Assembly (NCBI GenBank): GCA_046154185.1
Contig: JBJXGE010000032.1
Span: 139,163 to 203,162 of the forward strand
Reading direction: 5' to 3'
Origin: Planctomycetota bacterium
GTDB lineage: Bacteria; Planctomycetota; UBA8108; UBA1146; JAJFFE01
DNA: 64,000 nucleotides
The notes below the pieces were generated by a model. The model was given only the letters and a program-made list of their open reading frames with translations. It was not told where the DNA came from and ran no database searches. Below are positions 10,355-18,975 of this stretch, one piece after another (within the stretch, counting starts at the first letter, position 1; each line of letters begins with the position of its first letter). Made by a program: the position numbers and the translations under genes.

Positions 10355-11419
10355 TTACTGAGACTTGAGCTGCGACGCGATCATGTCGCCAAACACATCG
10401 CACGGGATGCCGTTGCGCGCGTCGAACGAGCTGATGCGATCTTGCTCGAGCAGGCTGCGCACGGCGGATTCGATCGCGAGCGCCGCCTTGGGCTCGCCCA
10501 AGTATTCGAGCATCATTTGTACCGCGCAAATCGCCGCCACCGGACACGCCGTGTTCTGTCCCTTGTACTTCGGCGCCGAACCATGAATCGGCTCGAACAA
10601 CGAAACGCGTCCGGGATGTATGTTGCCGCTCGCCGCGACGCCCATGCCGCCCTGCAGCATGGCGCCGAGATCCGTGATGATGTCGCCGAACAAATTCGTG
10701 GTGACAATCGTGTCGAATGCCTCCGGGCTCTTCACCATCCACATACACGCCGCATCGACGTAGGCGTGATCCTGCTGCACGTCGGGATACTCGCGCCCGA
10801 CTTCCGCGAACGTGCGCGTCCAAATGTCTTGCGCCCGAATCGCGTTCGCCTTATCGACGAGCGTGAGCTTCTTGCGTTGGTTCCGCAGTCGACACTGATC
10901 GTACGCATAACGGATCACGCGCTCGACGCCCTTCCGCGTGTAGATCATCTCTTGCAGCGCGACCTCGTCGGGCGTGCCCTTCTTGAACTGTCCGCCGATG
11001 CCGGCGTAAGCGTCTTCGGTGTTCTCACGAATCACCAACATGTCGATGTCTTGCGGGCTTTTGTTCTTGAGCGGACACACGCGCTCGGCGAGTAACTTGA
11101 TCGGCCGCAAATTGACGTAGAGATCGAGCTTGAAACGCAGGCCCGAGATCACGGCGCGCTCCACCAATCCCACTTCGACGCGCGGGTCGCCGATCGCGCC
11201 GAGCAGAATCGCGTCGAAGCTCTTCATTTCTTCGATCACGCTTTCCGGCATGAGCTCGCCGGTCGCTAAATAGTGCTCGGATCCGTGCGGAAAATCCTTC
11301 GTTTGATAACGAAAGCCGTACTTGCTCGCGGCCACCGCCAGGATCTTGAGCGCCTCGCGCATTACTTCCGGCCCGATGCCATCGCCCGCGAAAACCGCGA
11401 TGCGAAAACTCTTCGTCAT
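10355..11419 (-). CDS. leuB: 3-isopropylmalate dehydrogenase
   Basis: IAVFAGDGIGPEVM N-terminus and isocitrate/isopropylmalate dehydrogenase family core (NLFGDIITDLGAMLQGGMGVAASGNI). Confidence 0.9.
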   Translation of the reverse strand: MTKSFRIAVFAGDGIGPEVMREALKILAVAASKYGFRYQTKDFPHGSEHYLATGELMPESVIEEMKSFDAILLGAIGDPRVEVGLVERAVISGLRFKLDLYVNLRPIKLLAERVCPLKNKSPQDIDMLVIRENTEDAYAGIGGQFKKGTPDEVALQEMIYTRKGVERVIRYAYDQCRLRNQRKKLTLVDKANAIRAQDIWTRTFAEVGREYPDVQQDHAYVDAACMWMVKSPEAFDTIVTTNLFGDIITDLGAMLQGGMGVAASGNIHPGRVSLFEPIHGSAPKYKGQNTACPVAAICAVQMMLEYLGEPKAALAIESAVRSLLEQDRISSFDARNGIPCDVFGDMIASQLKSQ

Positions 11420-11459
11420 TTTGATTCCTCAGTGGATGGAGAACGAGCGTCGAGCGCTT

Positions 11460-12647
11460 TCATGCGGATTCAATCAGGATCGCAATGCCTTGGCCGCCGC
11501 CGATGCACGCGGACGCGATGCCGCGGCGCGCGCGCCGCCGCTTGAGTTCGAGTGCTAGCGTGAGAACGAGTCGCGCGCCTGTTGCGCCGAGCGGATGACC
11601 GAGTGCAATCGCGCCGCCGTTCACGTTGACGCGATCGCGTGCAAGTCCGAGCTCTTTTTCGACTGCGAGGTACTGCGCCGCGAACGCCTCGTTCACTTCG
11701 AACAAATCGATGTCTGTGAGTTTGAGGCCTGCCTTCGCGATTAGGCCGCGGATTGCGGGCGCAGGGCCGATTCCCATGATCGAGGGATCGACGCCGACGA
11801 CTTCCCACGCAATCACGCGTGCCAACGGGTTCGCGACGCTTGCGCTGGTGAGCACCATCGCCGCCGCGCCGTCGACGATCCCGCTCGCGTTGCCAGCCGT
11901 AACGGTGCCGTCTTCGCCAAACGCGGGTCGCAGCTTGGTGAGCGCTGCAATGCTGTTTTCGGCGCGCAAGTGATCATCGCGCGAGACGTCGACCGCCTGG
12001 CCGCGCTGCTTGACTGCAACCGGGGCAATCTCCTCGGCGAGTCGGCCAGCGTCGATCGCGGCCTTCGCGCGTTGCGTCGACAACAACGCGAACTCGTCCT
12101 GTTCGGCGCGCCCGATCTTGTATTCGCGCGCCAGTTTCTCGGCGGTCTGCGCCATGTAGAGCGAGCAATAGGGATCGAGCAGCGCACTCATCAGGCTGTC
12201 TTCTAACTTGCCCTGGCCGAGTGCGAATCCTTCGCGTGCACCGCGAATCACGTGCGGCGCCTGGCTCATATTCTCCATGCCGCCAGCGACGACGGTCTCC
12301 GCCTCACCGAGCAGCAACAACTGCGCGGCGCTGATGATCGACTGAATGCCGGAGCCGCAGAGTCGGTTCACCGTCAACGCGGGCTTCCCGATCGGAATCC
12401 CGGCGTAGAGCGCGGCGTGGCGCGCGCCGTAGATCGCATCGGCGGAACTCTGAAGCACGTTCCCCATGACGACCTGATCAACCGCCTCCGGCTTTACACC
12501 GCTCCGCTGGAGCGCAGCAGCGATCGCGTGCGCGCCGAGTTTGACTGCGGACAGGTCTTTGAGTTTTCCGGCGCCAGCCGTGCCGACATACTCCGCCATC
12601 GGAGTCCGAGCACCGGCGATGATCGAGAGAGTTTTCGCCATTATCAT
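11460..12647 (-). CDS. Acetyl-CoA C-acetyltransferase (thiolase II)
   Basis: Thiolase N- and C-terminal signatures (VNRLCGSGIQSI, NVNGGAIALGHPLGATGARL, ACIGGGQGIA). Confidence 0.9.
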   Translation of the reverse strand: MIMAKTLSIIAGARTPMAEYVGTAGAGKLKDLSAVKLGAHAIAAALQRSGVKPEAVDQVVMGNVLQSSADAIYGARHAALYAGIPIGKPALTVNRLCGSGIQSIISAAQLLLLGEAETVVAGGMENMSQAPHVIRGAREGFALGQGKLEDSLMSALLDPYCSLYMAQTAEKLAREYKIGRAEQDEFALLSTQRAKAAIDAGRLAEEIAPVAVKQRGQAVDVSRDDHLRAENSIAALTKLRPAFGEDGTVTAGNASGIVDGAAAMVLTSASVANPLARVIAWEVVGVDPSIMGIGPAPAIRGLIAKAGLKLTDIDLFEVNEAFAAQYLAVEKELGLARDRVNVNGGAIALGHPLGATGARLVLTLALELKRRRARRGIASACIGGGQGIAILIESA

Positions 12648-12716
12648 CTTTCCGCAAAGCGACGCACACGCGGCGAGCCAAGAGTCTCGATCCGCCTTAA
12701 ACCGTCTGCCGGTAAA

Positions 12717-13514
12717 CTAACTGCCAGTAAAGCGGCTCGGCCGTTTCTCGAGAAACGCCGCCATACCTTCCTTCATGTCCGCGCTCGTGCTGACGAGACC
12801 AAAGAGATCCGCTTCGATCGCCAGGCCCGTCTCGAGCGACGCGCCGAAACCGCGACGAACCGCATCCAACACGGCGCGCAACGCCAGCGGACCGCGGCTC
12901 AGAAGTTTGCGCGCAATCTCCTCGACTCCCGACTGCAGCAACTCGGGCTCGAACACGCGGTTCACCAGACCGATGCGGTGAGCTTCGTCCGCCGCTATCG
13001 GATCGCCGAGGAGCAGCAACTCGAGCGCGGGCCCCTCGCCGACGAGACGCGGCAAGCGCTGCGTGCCGCCGAAACCCGGCAGAATTCCGAGCGTGACTTC
13101 CGGCAGTCCCAGTTTGGCCTTCGCCGACGCGAACCGCAGATGACAGGCGAGCGCCAACTCGAGTCCCCCGCCGAGCGCGAAGCCATTGATTGCCGCGAGC
13201 ACCGGTTTGCCGAGCTGATCGATGCGACCGAACGCGCGCTGACCGGCGCGCGACCGGTACTTCGCCGCCGCGGCGTCTTGACTCGCCAGCTCCTTGATGT
13301 CGGCGCCCGCGACAAAGGCCTTCTCGCCGGCGCCCGTCAACACGATGACGCGCGCGTCGTCGTGACACTCTAGCCACGCAAAACATCGCTCGATCTCCCG
13401 GAGCGTGGCGTCGTCCAACGCGTTGAGCACTTTGGGACGATTCACCGTCACTCGCACAAGCCCGGCCCCGCGATCTTCGATCAGCAGGTTTTGGTAGTCA
13501 CCTGCCGGGATCAC
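12717..13514 (-). CDS. Enoyl-CoA hydratase/isomerase (crotonase family)
   Basis: VLTGAGEKAFVAGADIKEL and AAINGFALGGGLELALACH crotonase motifs. Confidence 0.85.
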   Translation of the reverse strand: MIPAGDYQNLLIEDRGAGLVRVTVNRPKVLNALDDATLREIERCFAWLECHDDARVIVLTGAGEKAFVAGADIKELASQDAAAAKYRSRAGQRAFGRIDQLGKPVLAAINGFALGGGLELALACHLRFASAKAKLGLPEVTLGILPGFGGTQRLPRLVGEGPALELLLLGDPIAADEAHRIGLVNRVFEPELLQSGVEEIARKLLSRGPLALRAVLDAVRRGFGASLETGLAIEADLFGLVSTSADMKEGMAAFLEKRPSRFTGS

Positions 13515-15661
13515 TGCTTCTGCGGCTCCTTTTTGCCCTGCTTCGAATCCCCGCTGGGATCGATCGGTAGTTTCTTCGACTCGTACGCGTGATCGCGCTT
13601 GGAAAGCACTTTGACTTCCATGATCGGATCGCCCTTGGCGAGCTTGTCGACCACTTCGATCCCGCTCACGACTTGCCCGAAGACCGTGTACTGACCGTCG
13701 TAGTAGGGTTGAGCGTCCCGACAGATGTAAAACTGGCTGCTACCGGTATTAGGCTGCGGTCCGCGCGCGAGTCCAACCGAACCGCGCACGTGCTCCCGCG
13801 CGTTGGGCTCATCGGGAATCCAATAGCCAGCGTTGCCGGCCGGCGTGCCGTCACTGCTGCCGCATTGAATGATTCCTCGATTCTCGCCTTGCATCCAGTC
13901 GCGGTGAATCTTCTTCATGTTGTAGAAGCCGCTCTCCGCCAACTGGATGAAGTTAGAGACTGTGTTCAGCGCATCATCTTCAAACAGCTCGATGACAAAC
14001 ACGCCCTTGTCGGTCTTTACTTCGACGCGCGGCAGCGGCACGGCGCTCGGGCGCTGCGAGTTCGACGGCGGCGGTTTCGTCGCGTCGGGTTTGGTGGTCG
14101 TGGGCTTCTCGCTACTCTCCGCAATCGTGCCGTTGCGCACGTCCTCCGGCACGAGATCGGCCGGGTAAGGCACCACCAGGCGAGTGGTTGGCTCTTTACC
14201 TCTCACCACGTACTCGGACGAGATTCGAGTCAGGACATCCTTTCCCGCCACAACTTTGCCGATGACCACCGCCTCGCCTTCGAGCGACGCTGGATCTTCC
14301 AGCGTCAAGTAGAAGCCGGTGCCGATAGAGTATTGCGAGCCGACTTTCCCAACTTCGAGCGCGAGTTGAAATGGTTCGAGCGTGGGATTGAACTCGTTCG
14401 AAAATCGAAACGCCGCAACCGGTGCCGACATCGCGTCGCGCACGACACCCCCGGCGCGCAGAAACGCACCGGGCCGATTGGCGTTATAGGGTTGATCTTC
14501 ATACACGAGTCGACGCGTCAGGCCGATCCAATGTTCTAGCAACCCGGGAATGCCCGGATCCACGAGTTCGATCCAGATATTCTCGCGCGTATGAAGCAGC
14601 ACAAACCAACGATCGCCCGGTTGGTAAGCGCGCAAGACATTCATCCGCGATTCATCCGACGCGTAGTACTTCCAATTGTTCCGCATCTCCGCGTACTCAG
14701 GCGCTGACTTGAGGTCAGGAAACGTTTTCTCGGCGCGACCGAAAAACACGTTCGCGCGCCAGTTCATGCGGATGAGCGGCCATTCCTCGATCGTGCCGCC
14801 TTCTAGGAAATCTTGCAGCACAAATTCTTGCGCCATCGTCGCGCGGGGCGCGATCCGTTGGATGAGCTGGGTCGGCGCCGCGCGTCCGACCGGCCATGCC
14901 AAACTGAGATTGAGCCGTCCGCGCTCAAAGCGCACGGTCGAACCGAGCGGCCACAAGGCAGGATCGAAAATCGGCAACTCGCGATCGGTCGTGTTAGTGA
15001 TTTCGACGCGCACGATGCACGGCTCGCCAATTCCGTAGTCGGGCTTGAGCGGCTTGAACGTGACGGTCAAGTCGGTATTGGGTTTGACCGGTTCGGGACG
15101 CGGTTTTTGTTCGACCGGTGGCTTCGGTGGTGGTGGCGTCGCAATCGGAACGAGCTGCGTCGCGATCAGTTGCATGGCGTGCCAGCCATACTTGGTTTCG
15201 CACTTCCCGACATCGCCGACCTTTTGCAACGCGAAGGCGACCTTGTCGAATTCGAGTTCCATCATTCTCGGCGCGATGAAACCGAGATCGCCGCCGAGCG
15301 GCTTCGTTGTGACGTCGAGACTATGGACGCGCGCCAACGCGGAAAAATCGGCGCCACTCTTATGTTTCGCAAGCAACGCATCGACCTCCGCCTCGGTCCT
15401 CATCAAAATGTGGCGGACGTGGCGCTGCTCTTGCATCTGCGGCTTCGCCGACGGCGCATTCGGAGAGGGCAGCGGTTGCATCGGAGTCGGGGACGGCGCC
15501 TGTTGCGCGACGAGGGCACTGATGCCGCCGCACACGAGCACGGCGACGATTGCCAACATCGCGGGTGACCGACGCCCGCTCGACGCGGTACTTCTCAATG
15601 CCGATCGACGAGTCAGGTCGATCGCGACCGCACGGGTTTCTAGCGCGTTCATTCCATTCAC
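13511..15661 (-). CDS. Secreted multi-domain peptidyl-prolyl isomerase: N-terminal parvulin (PpiC) domain, ~400-aa middle region, C-terminal cyclophilin domain
   Basis: N-terminal hydrophobic segment. Parvulin block HILMRTEAEV...LGGDLGFI...EFDKVAFALQKVGDVG...YGWHAMQL. C-terminal cyclophilin block VFVIELFEDDALNTVSNFIQLAESGFY...GSSQFYI...FGQVVSGIEVVDKL. Confidence 0.75.
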   Translation of the reverse strand: MNGMNALETRAVAIDLTRRSALRSTASSGRRSPAMLAIVAVLVCGGISALVAQQAPSPTPMQPLPSPNAPSAKPQMQEQRHVRHILMRTEAEVDALLAKHKSGADFSALARVHSLDVTTKPLGGDLGFIAPRMMELEFDKVAFALQKVGDVGKCETKYGWHAMQLIATQLVPIATPPPPKPPVEQKPRPEPVKPNTDLTVTFKPLKPDYGIGEPCIVRVEITNTTDRELPIFDPALWPLGSTVRFERGRLNLSLAWPVGRAAPTQLIQRIAPRATMAQEFVLQDFLEGGTIEEWPLIRMNWRANVFFGRAEKTFPDLKSAPEYAEMRNNWKYYASDESRMNVLRAYQPGDRWFVLLHTRENIWIELVDPGIPGLLEHWIGLTRRLVYEDQPYNANRPGAFLRAGGVVRDAMSAPVAAFRFSNEFNPTLEPFQLALEVGKVGSQYSIGTGFYLTLEDPASLEGEAVVIGKVVAGKDVLTRISSEYVVRGKEPTTRLVVPYPADLVPEDVRNGTIAESSEKPTTTKPDATKPPPSNSQRPSAVPLPRVEVKTDKGVFVIELFEDDALNTVSNFIQLAESGFYNMKKIHRDWMQGENRGIIQCGSSDGTPAGNAGYWIPDEPNAREHVRGSVGLARGPQPNTGSSQFYICRDAQPYYDGQYTVFGQVVSGIEVVDKLAKGDPIMEVKVLSKRDHAYESKKLPIDPSGDSKQGKKEPQKQ

Positions 15662-16121
15662 CTCTTCACAACGTGGGTCTCAACTCACGGGCCCGGGCCA
15701 GCGGTTCTGACAAACGGCAACGACGAGCCACTCGCCGTCGATTGCTCAGCCTGAAGTCCGATTAAGAACAGCAGTTGGCGGGGCTTGCGCGACAAATCCA
15801 AAGTCCGGGATTATAGGCACACTTTAACGCGTGGCCAAGCCCCAGCGCAGAATTCAAACGGCCGCGCGCGCGCGGCGCCAACCGAGGAAGGTTGCGACCC
15901 AGCTGCAGAGTTCGGAATCGAACCCATCGGCGACGAACGGCATGAGATCGAAACTTCCGACTTCGCGGAGTGCGCAGATACTCCTTGGCACCCGACAACT
16001 CTTCGGTAGAGTCGCGCATCGGCTGTCGGCGACACGCGATTCGCGGGCCGAAGAAACCTCCCCTGGGCCACCCGCCCAAGGGCCTCGACATTCCAATTGC
16101 CTTGCCACGAGGACCATCGTC

Positions 16122-17228
16122 ATGACTCACTCGAGACACGTGTTGTATTTCTTGTGGATCGTCGCCGGATTGTGCGCGGCGCCGTCGATCGGCTGGGTCG
16201 TGGCCCTGGCGCAAGAGCCAGTGCCGGCGCCCGAGCCGACGCCGGTGCCGGCGACCGGCCAACCCAAAATCCGCCTCAGCGCGGATCAATTCGATTTCGG
16301 CGCCATGCTGCAAGGCGAAAAGTGGCACACGAACATCACGGTCTACAACGACGGCGACGCAGCGCTGGAACTTTCGCCGCCGTTACCGTCATGTGGTTGC
16401 ATGGAAATTCTGAGCTATCCGCAAACGGTCGCCGCCGGCTCGAGCGGAGAAATTCAGCTCGAGGTCGACTCGAAGAAAATCGTCGCCGGCAATACCCGTA
16501 AGAACCTGAAAATTCGCAGCAACGATACGGCGGCGCCGGAATTGATCATATGGTTCACGGGCGACGTCCGCGTCATGGTGGTCAGCGAGCCGGCGAATAT
16601 CTCGATGACGGGCCTGGTCAACGAGTCCAAAGAGACCACGATCGACTTGATCGCGGGCACGGAGCTCGGCCTCACGATCACGGAGCTGCGCTCACGCGAG
16701 GGGCTGTTTGAGATCGTCGAAAGCAAGGAAGTCAGTCCTGGCAAACGTTACCGCGTGAAACTGCGCGCCAAGCCGGCCGCCCAGAGCGGCAAGACTCGCG
16801 ACCCGCTCGACATCACGGTCAAGTTCAGCGAGGAACGCGTCGTGACGGTCGGCATGTGGGTCAATATCGAGCACATCAACTATGTGACTTCGCAACCAGC
16901 CGATGGTGTGCAGTTCGGCAACAAGGACACGGACAAGTTGCTCAAGGAGGGAGCTCCACCGCTGGTGAAGGCAGTCACCGTGATCGGCAATGCGCCCGAC
17001 TCAAAGTTCGAGATCAGCGGCGTCGAGTTCGAAGGCGTCGCGCCCGGCGTCTTCGAAGTGAAGGTCGAACCGCAGGTCGCGGGGAAGCGCTATACGGTGA
17101 GTGTCTCACTCGCCGCTTATCAGTCGCAAAGCTACCTGCGAGGAAAATTGATCGTCCGCACGACGGATGCTCGCTGCCCGGTCATCGAGGTGCCACTCCT
17201 CGCGCGCTTCGGAAAACGCGCCGGATGA
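16122..17228 (+). CDS. DUF1573 domain secreted protein
   Basis: Signal-peptide-like N-terminus (LYFLWIVAGLCAAPSIGWVVALA). The LSPPLPSCGCMEI motif is characteristic of DUF1573. Start set at the ATG 16122; the ORF extends upstream to 15831. Confidence 0.7.
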   Translation: MTHSRHVLYFLWIVAGLCAAPSIGWVVALAQEPVPAPEPTPVPATGQPKIRLSADQFDFGAMLQGEKWHTNITVYNDGDAALELSPPLPSCGCMEILSYPQTVAAGSSGEIQLEVDSKKIVAGNTRKNLKIRSNDTAAPELIIWFTGDVRVMVVSEPANISMTGLVNESKETTIDLIAGTELGLTITELRSREGLFEIVESKEVSPGKRYRVKLRAKPAAQSGKTRDPLDITVKFSEERVVTVGMWVNIEHINYVTSQPADGVQFGNKDTDKLLKEGAPPLVKAVTVIGNAPDSKFEISGVEFEGVAPGVFEVKVEPQVAGKRYTVSVSLAAYQSQSYLRGKLIVRTTDARCPVIEVPLLARFGKRAG

Positions 17229-17241
17229 ACTGTGTGCGCCA

Positions 17242-18870
17242 GTGAACAAATCCGCACCGCGTTGGTCGAACGAATTGTGGCGCGTCGCTGTCATACTCGG
17301 ATTGAGTCTTTGGACGGGGCAGATTACGGGGAAATTATTGGCGGTCTCGGAAGAAGTATTGGAATTGTCGATCGGGACCGGCGGCGCGAAACTTCGCTAC
17401 GTCGTACTGAAACCGAGTGAAATCGACAACAGCCCAGTCACTGCCGGAAAACTCGACGAGCTTCCGATCTTGCTGGCGCTGCCGCCGGGCGCGCAAGATC
17501 AGTCGATGGTCGAAGCCGGATTGAGTCGATACTGGGCGCACGCGGCGGAACACGGTTGGCTCGTCGTTTCGCCTATTGCGCCCGCCGGCGAGTCATGGAC
17601 CCATCCATCCGCGACGGCGACGCTGTCTGCCTTGCTCGATCACATCGAGACTCAGTTCCGACCGGAAGGCGGTCGAGTACACCTCGCCGGTGTTTCGAAC
17701 GGCGGACGCAGCGCGTTCGGGCTGGCCATCGAACTGCCGGCGCGTTTCGCTTCGCTGACCGCGCTGCCCGGATACCCCACCACTTTGCGGGACGCCTCGC
17801 GTGTTTACAGGTTGCGCGCGATCCCCGTTGCGATGTTCGCCGGGGAACTCGACATACCTTGGGTCGAAAAGATGCGCGCAACCGAGCAAGCGATTCTCGC
17901 CGCCGGCGGCTCCGCGAGTCTTGAACTGATTCCGCAGGAAGGCCATGTCCCAGAGAGTTTGACGGCACCACGCGTCCTGTTGGCGCTCGAATCTCATCGT
18001 CAGCGCGTCCGCGCGCAAGCGCCCGACACGATCGCCATCCACCGCATGCTCGACGACTTTCATCACGCCGCCGCGCACGCGGACGCGAAACGCTACTTCG
18101 ACCATTTCGCGCCCAATGGAGTTTTTCTCGGCACCGACGCCGCCGAGCACTGGACCGTCGACCAATTTCGCAACTGGAGCGCGCCGTACTTCGCTCGACC
18201 ATCGGCTTGGACGTACGTGCCCGCAAGCCGCAGCGTCACGATCGACGAAGCCGCCGCCTGCGCGTGGTTCGATGAACTGCTCGATCATGCCAGCTACGGT
18301 GAGTGTCGCGGGAGCGGCACGCTCGTGCGCGCGGAAGGTCGCTGGCGCATCGGTTTGTACCACCTGTCTATTCCCGTGCCGAACGACCTGGCACGGGCGG
18401 TCGCCGACATCATTCGTGACGGTCGCAAGCTCGACGCGACACGCGTGTTCGTCGTGCGACATGCCGAGAAAGCGACCGGCGCGGGCGAGGATCCACCGCT
18501 CACCAACGTCGGCGTTGCGCAGGCCGCGGACTTGACGCGACTGCTGGCGTCGGTCCCGCTCCGCGCGATTTACACGACGCCCTTCACGCGCACACGATCG
18601 ACCGCGGCCGCCGTAGCGGCGACTCACGCCCTCACGCCGATCGAAATGGCTGCGGCGAAGACCGTGGAACTCGTCGCGCAAATACGCGCGACGCATCGCG
18701 GCCAAGACGTGCTCGTGGTAGGTCACTCAAACACGGTACCCGCGATCTTGCGCGCGCTCGGTCACGCCGAACCGCCCGTTATCGACGAACAGCAATACGG
18801 ACAGCTCTTTCTCTCGATGTCGTTTCAAGATCGCCCACCCGAACTGATCGAGTTGCGCTTCGGCGAATAG
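17242..18870 (+). CDS. Three-domain fusion: secreted alpha/beta-hydrolase esterase + NTF2/SnoaL-like domain + histidine phosphatase (phosphoglycerate-mutase family)
   Basis: Esterase GxSxG motif in HLAGVSNGGRSAF. NTF2-like block IHRMLDDFHHAAAHADAKRYFDHFAPNGVFLGTD...WTVDQF. RHAEK...VVGHSNT histidine-phosphatase motifs. Start set at the in-frame GTG 17242, just after the upstream stop, and followed by a signal-like WRVAVILGLSLW. Confidence 0.6.
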   Translation: MNKSAPRWSNELWRVAVILGLSLWTGQITGKLLAVSEEVLELSIGTGGAKLRYVVLKPSEIDNSPVTAGKLDELPILLALPPGAQDQSMVEAGLSRYWAHAAEHGWLVVSPIAPAGESWTHPSATATLSALLDHIETQFRPEGGRVHLAGVSNGGRSAFGLAIELPARFASLTALPGYPTTLRDASRVYRLRAIPVAMFAGELDIPWVEKMRATEQAILAAGGSASLELIPQEGHVPESLTAPRVLLALESHRQRVRAQAPDTIAIHRMLDDFHHAAAHADAKRYFDHFAPNGVFLGTDAAEHWTVDQFRNWSAPYFARPSAWTYVPASRSVTIDEAAACAWFDELLDHASYGECRGSGTLVRAEGRWRIGLYHLSIPVPNDLARAVADIIRDGRKLDATRVFVVRHAEKATGAGEDPPLTNVGVAQAADLTRLLASVPLRAIYTTPFTRTRSTAAAVAATHALTPIEMAAAKTVELVAQIRATHRGQDVLVVGHSNTVPAILRALGHAEPPVIDEQQYGQLFLSMSFQDRPPELIELRFGE

Positions 18871-18975
18871 CCGTGCTATTCGCAGCGAGCGCAGAAATCC
18901 GTGTGATAGGCAACCGTGTGATTGGGCGCTGAGAACTAGACCGAAGCGCAGCGCTAGTTCTGGGACCAGATCGAT

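Noticed and set aside
17593-18726. 377-aa minus-strand ORF overlapping the esterase/NTF2/phosphatase gene
   Set aside because: Arg-rich shadow ORF. The plus-strand frame has three recognisable domains.
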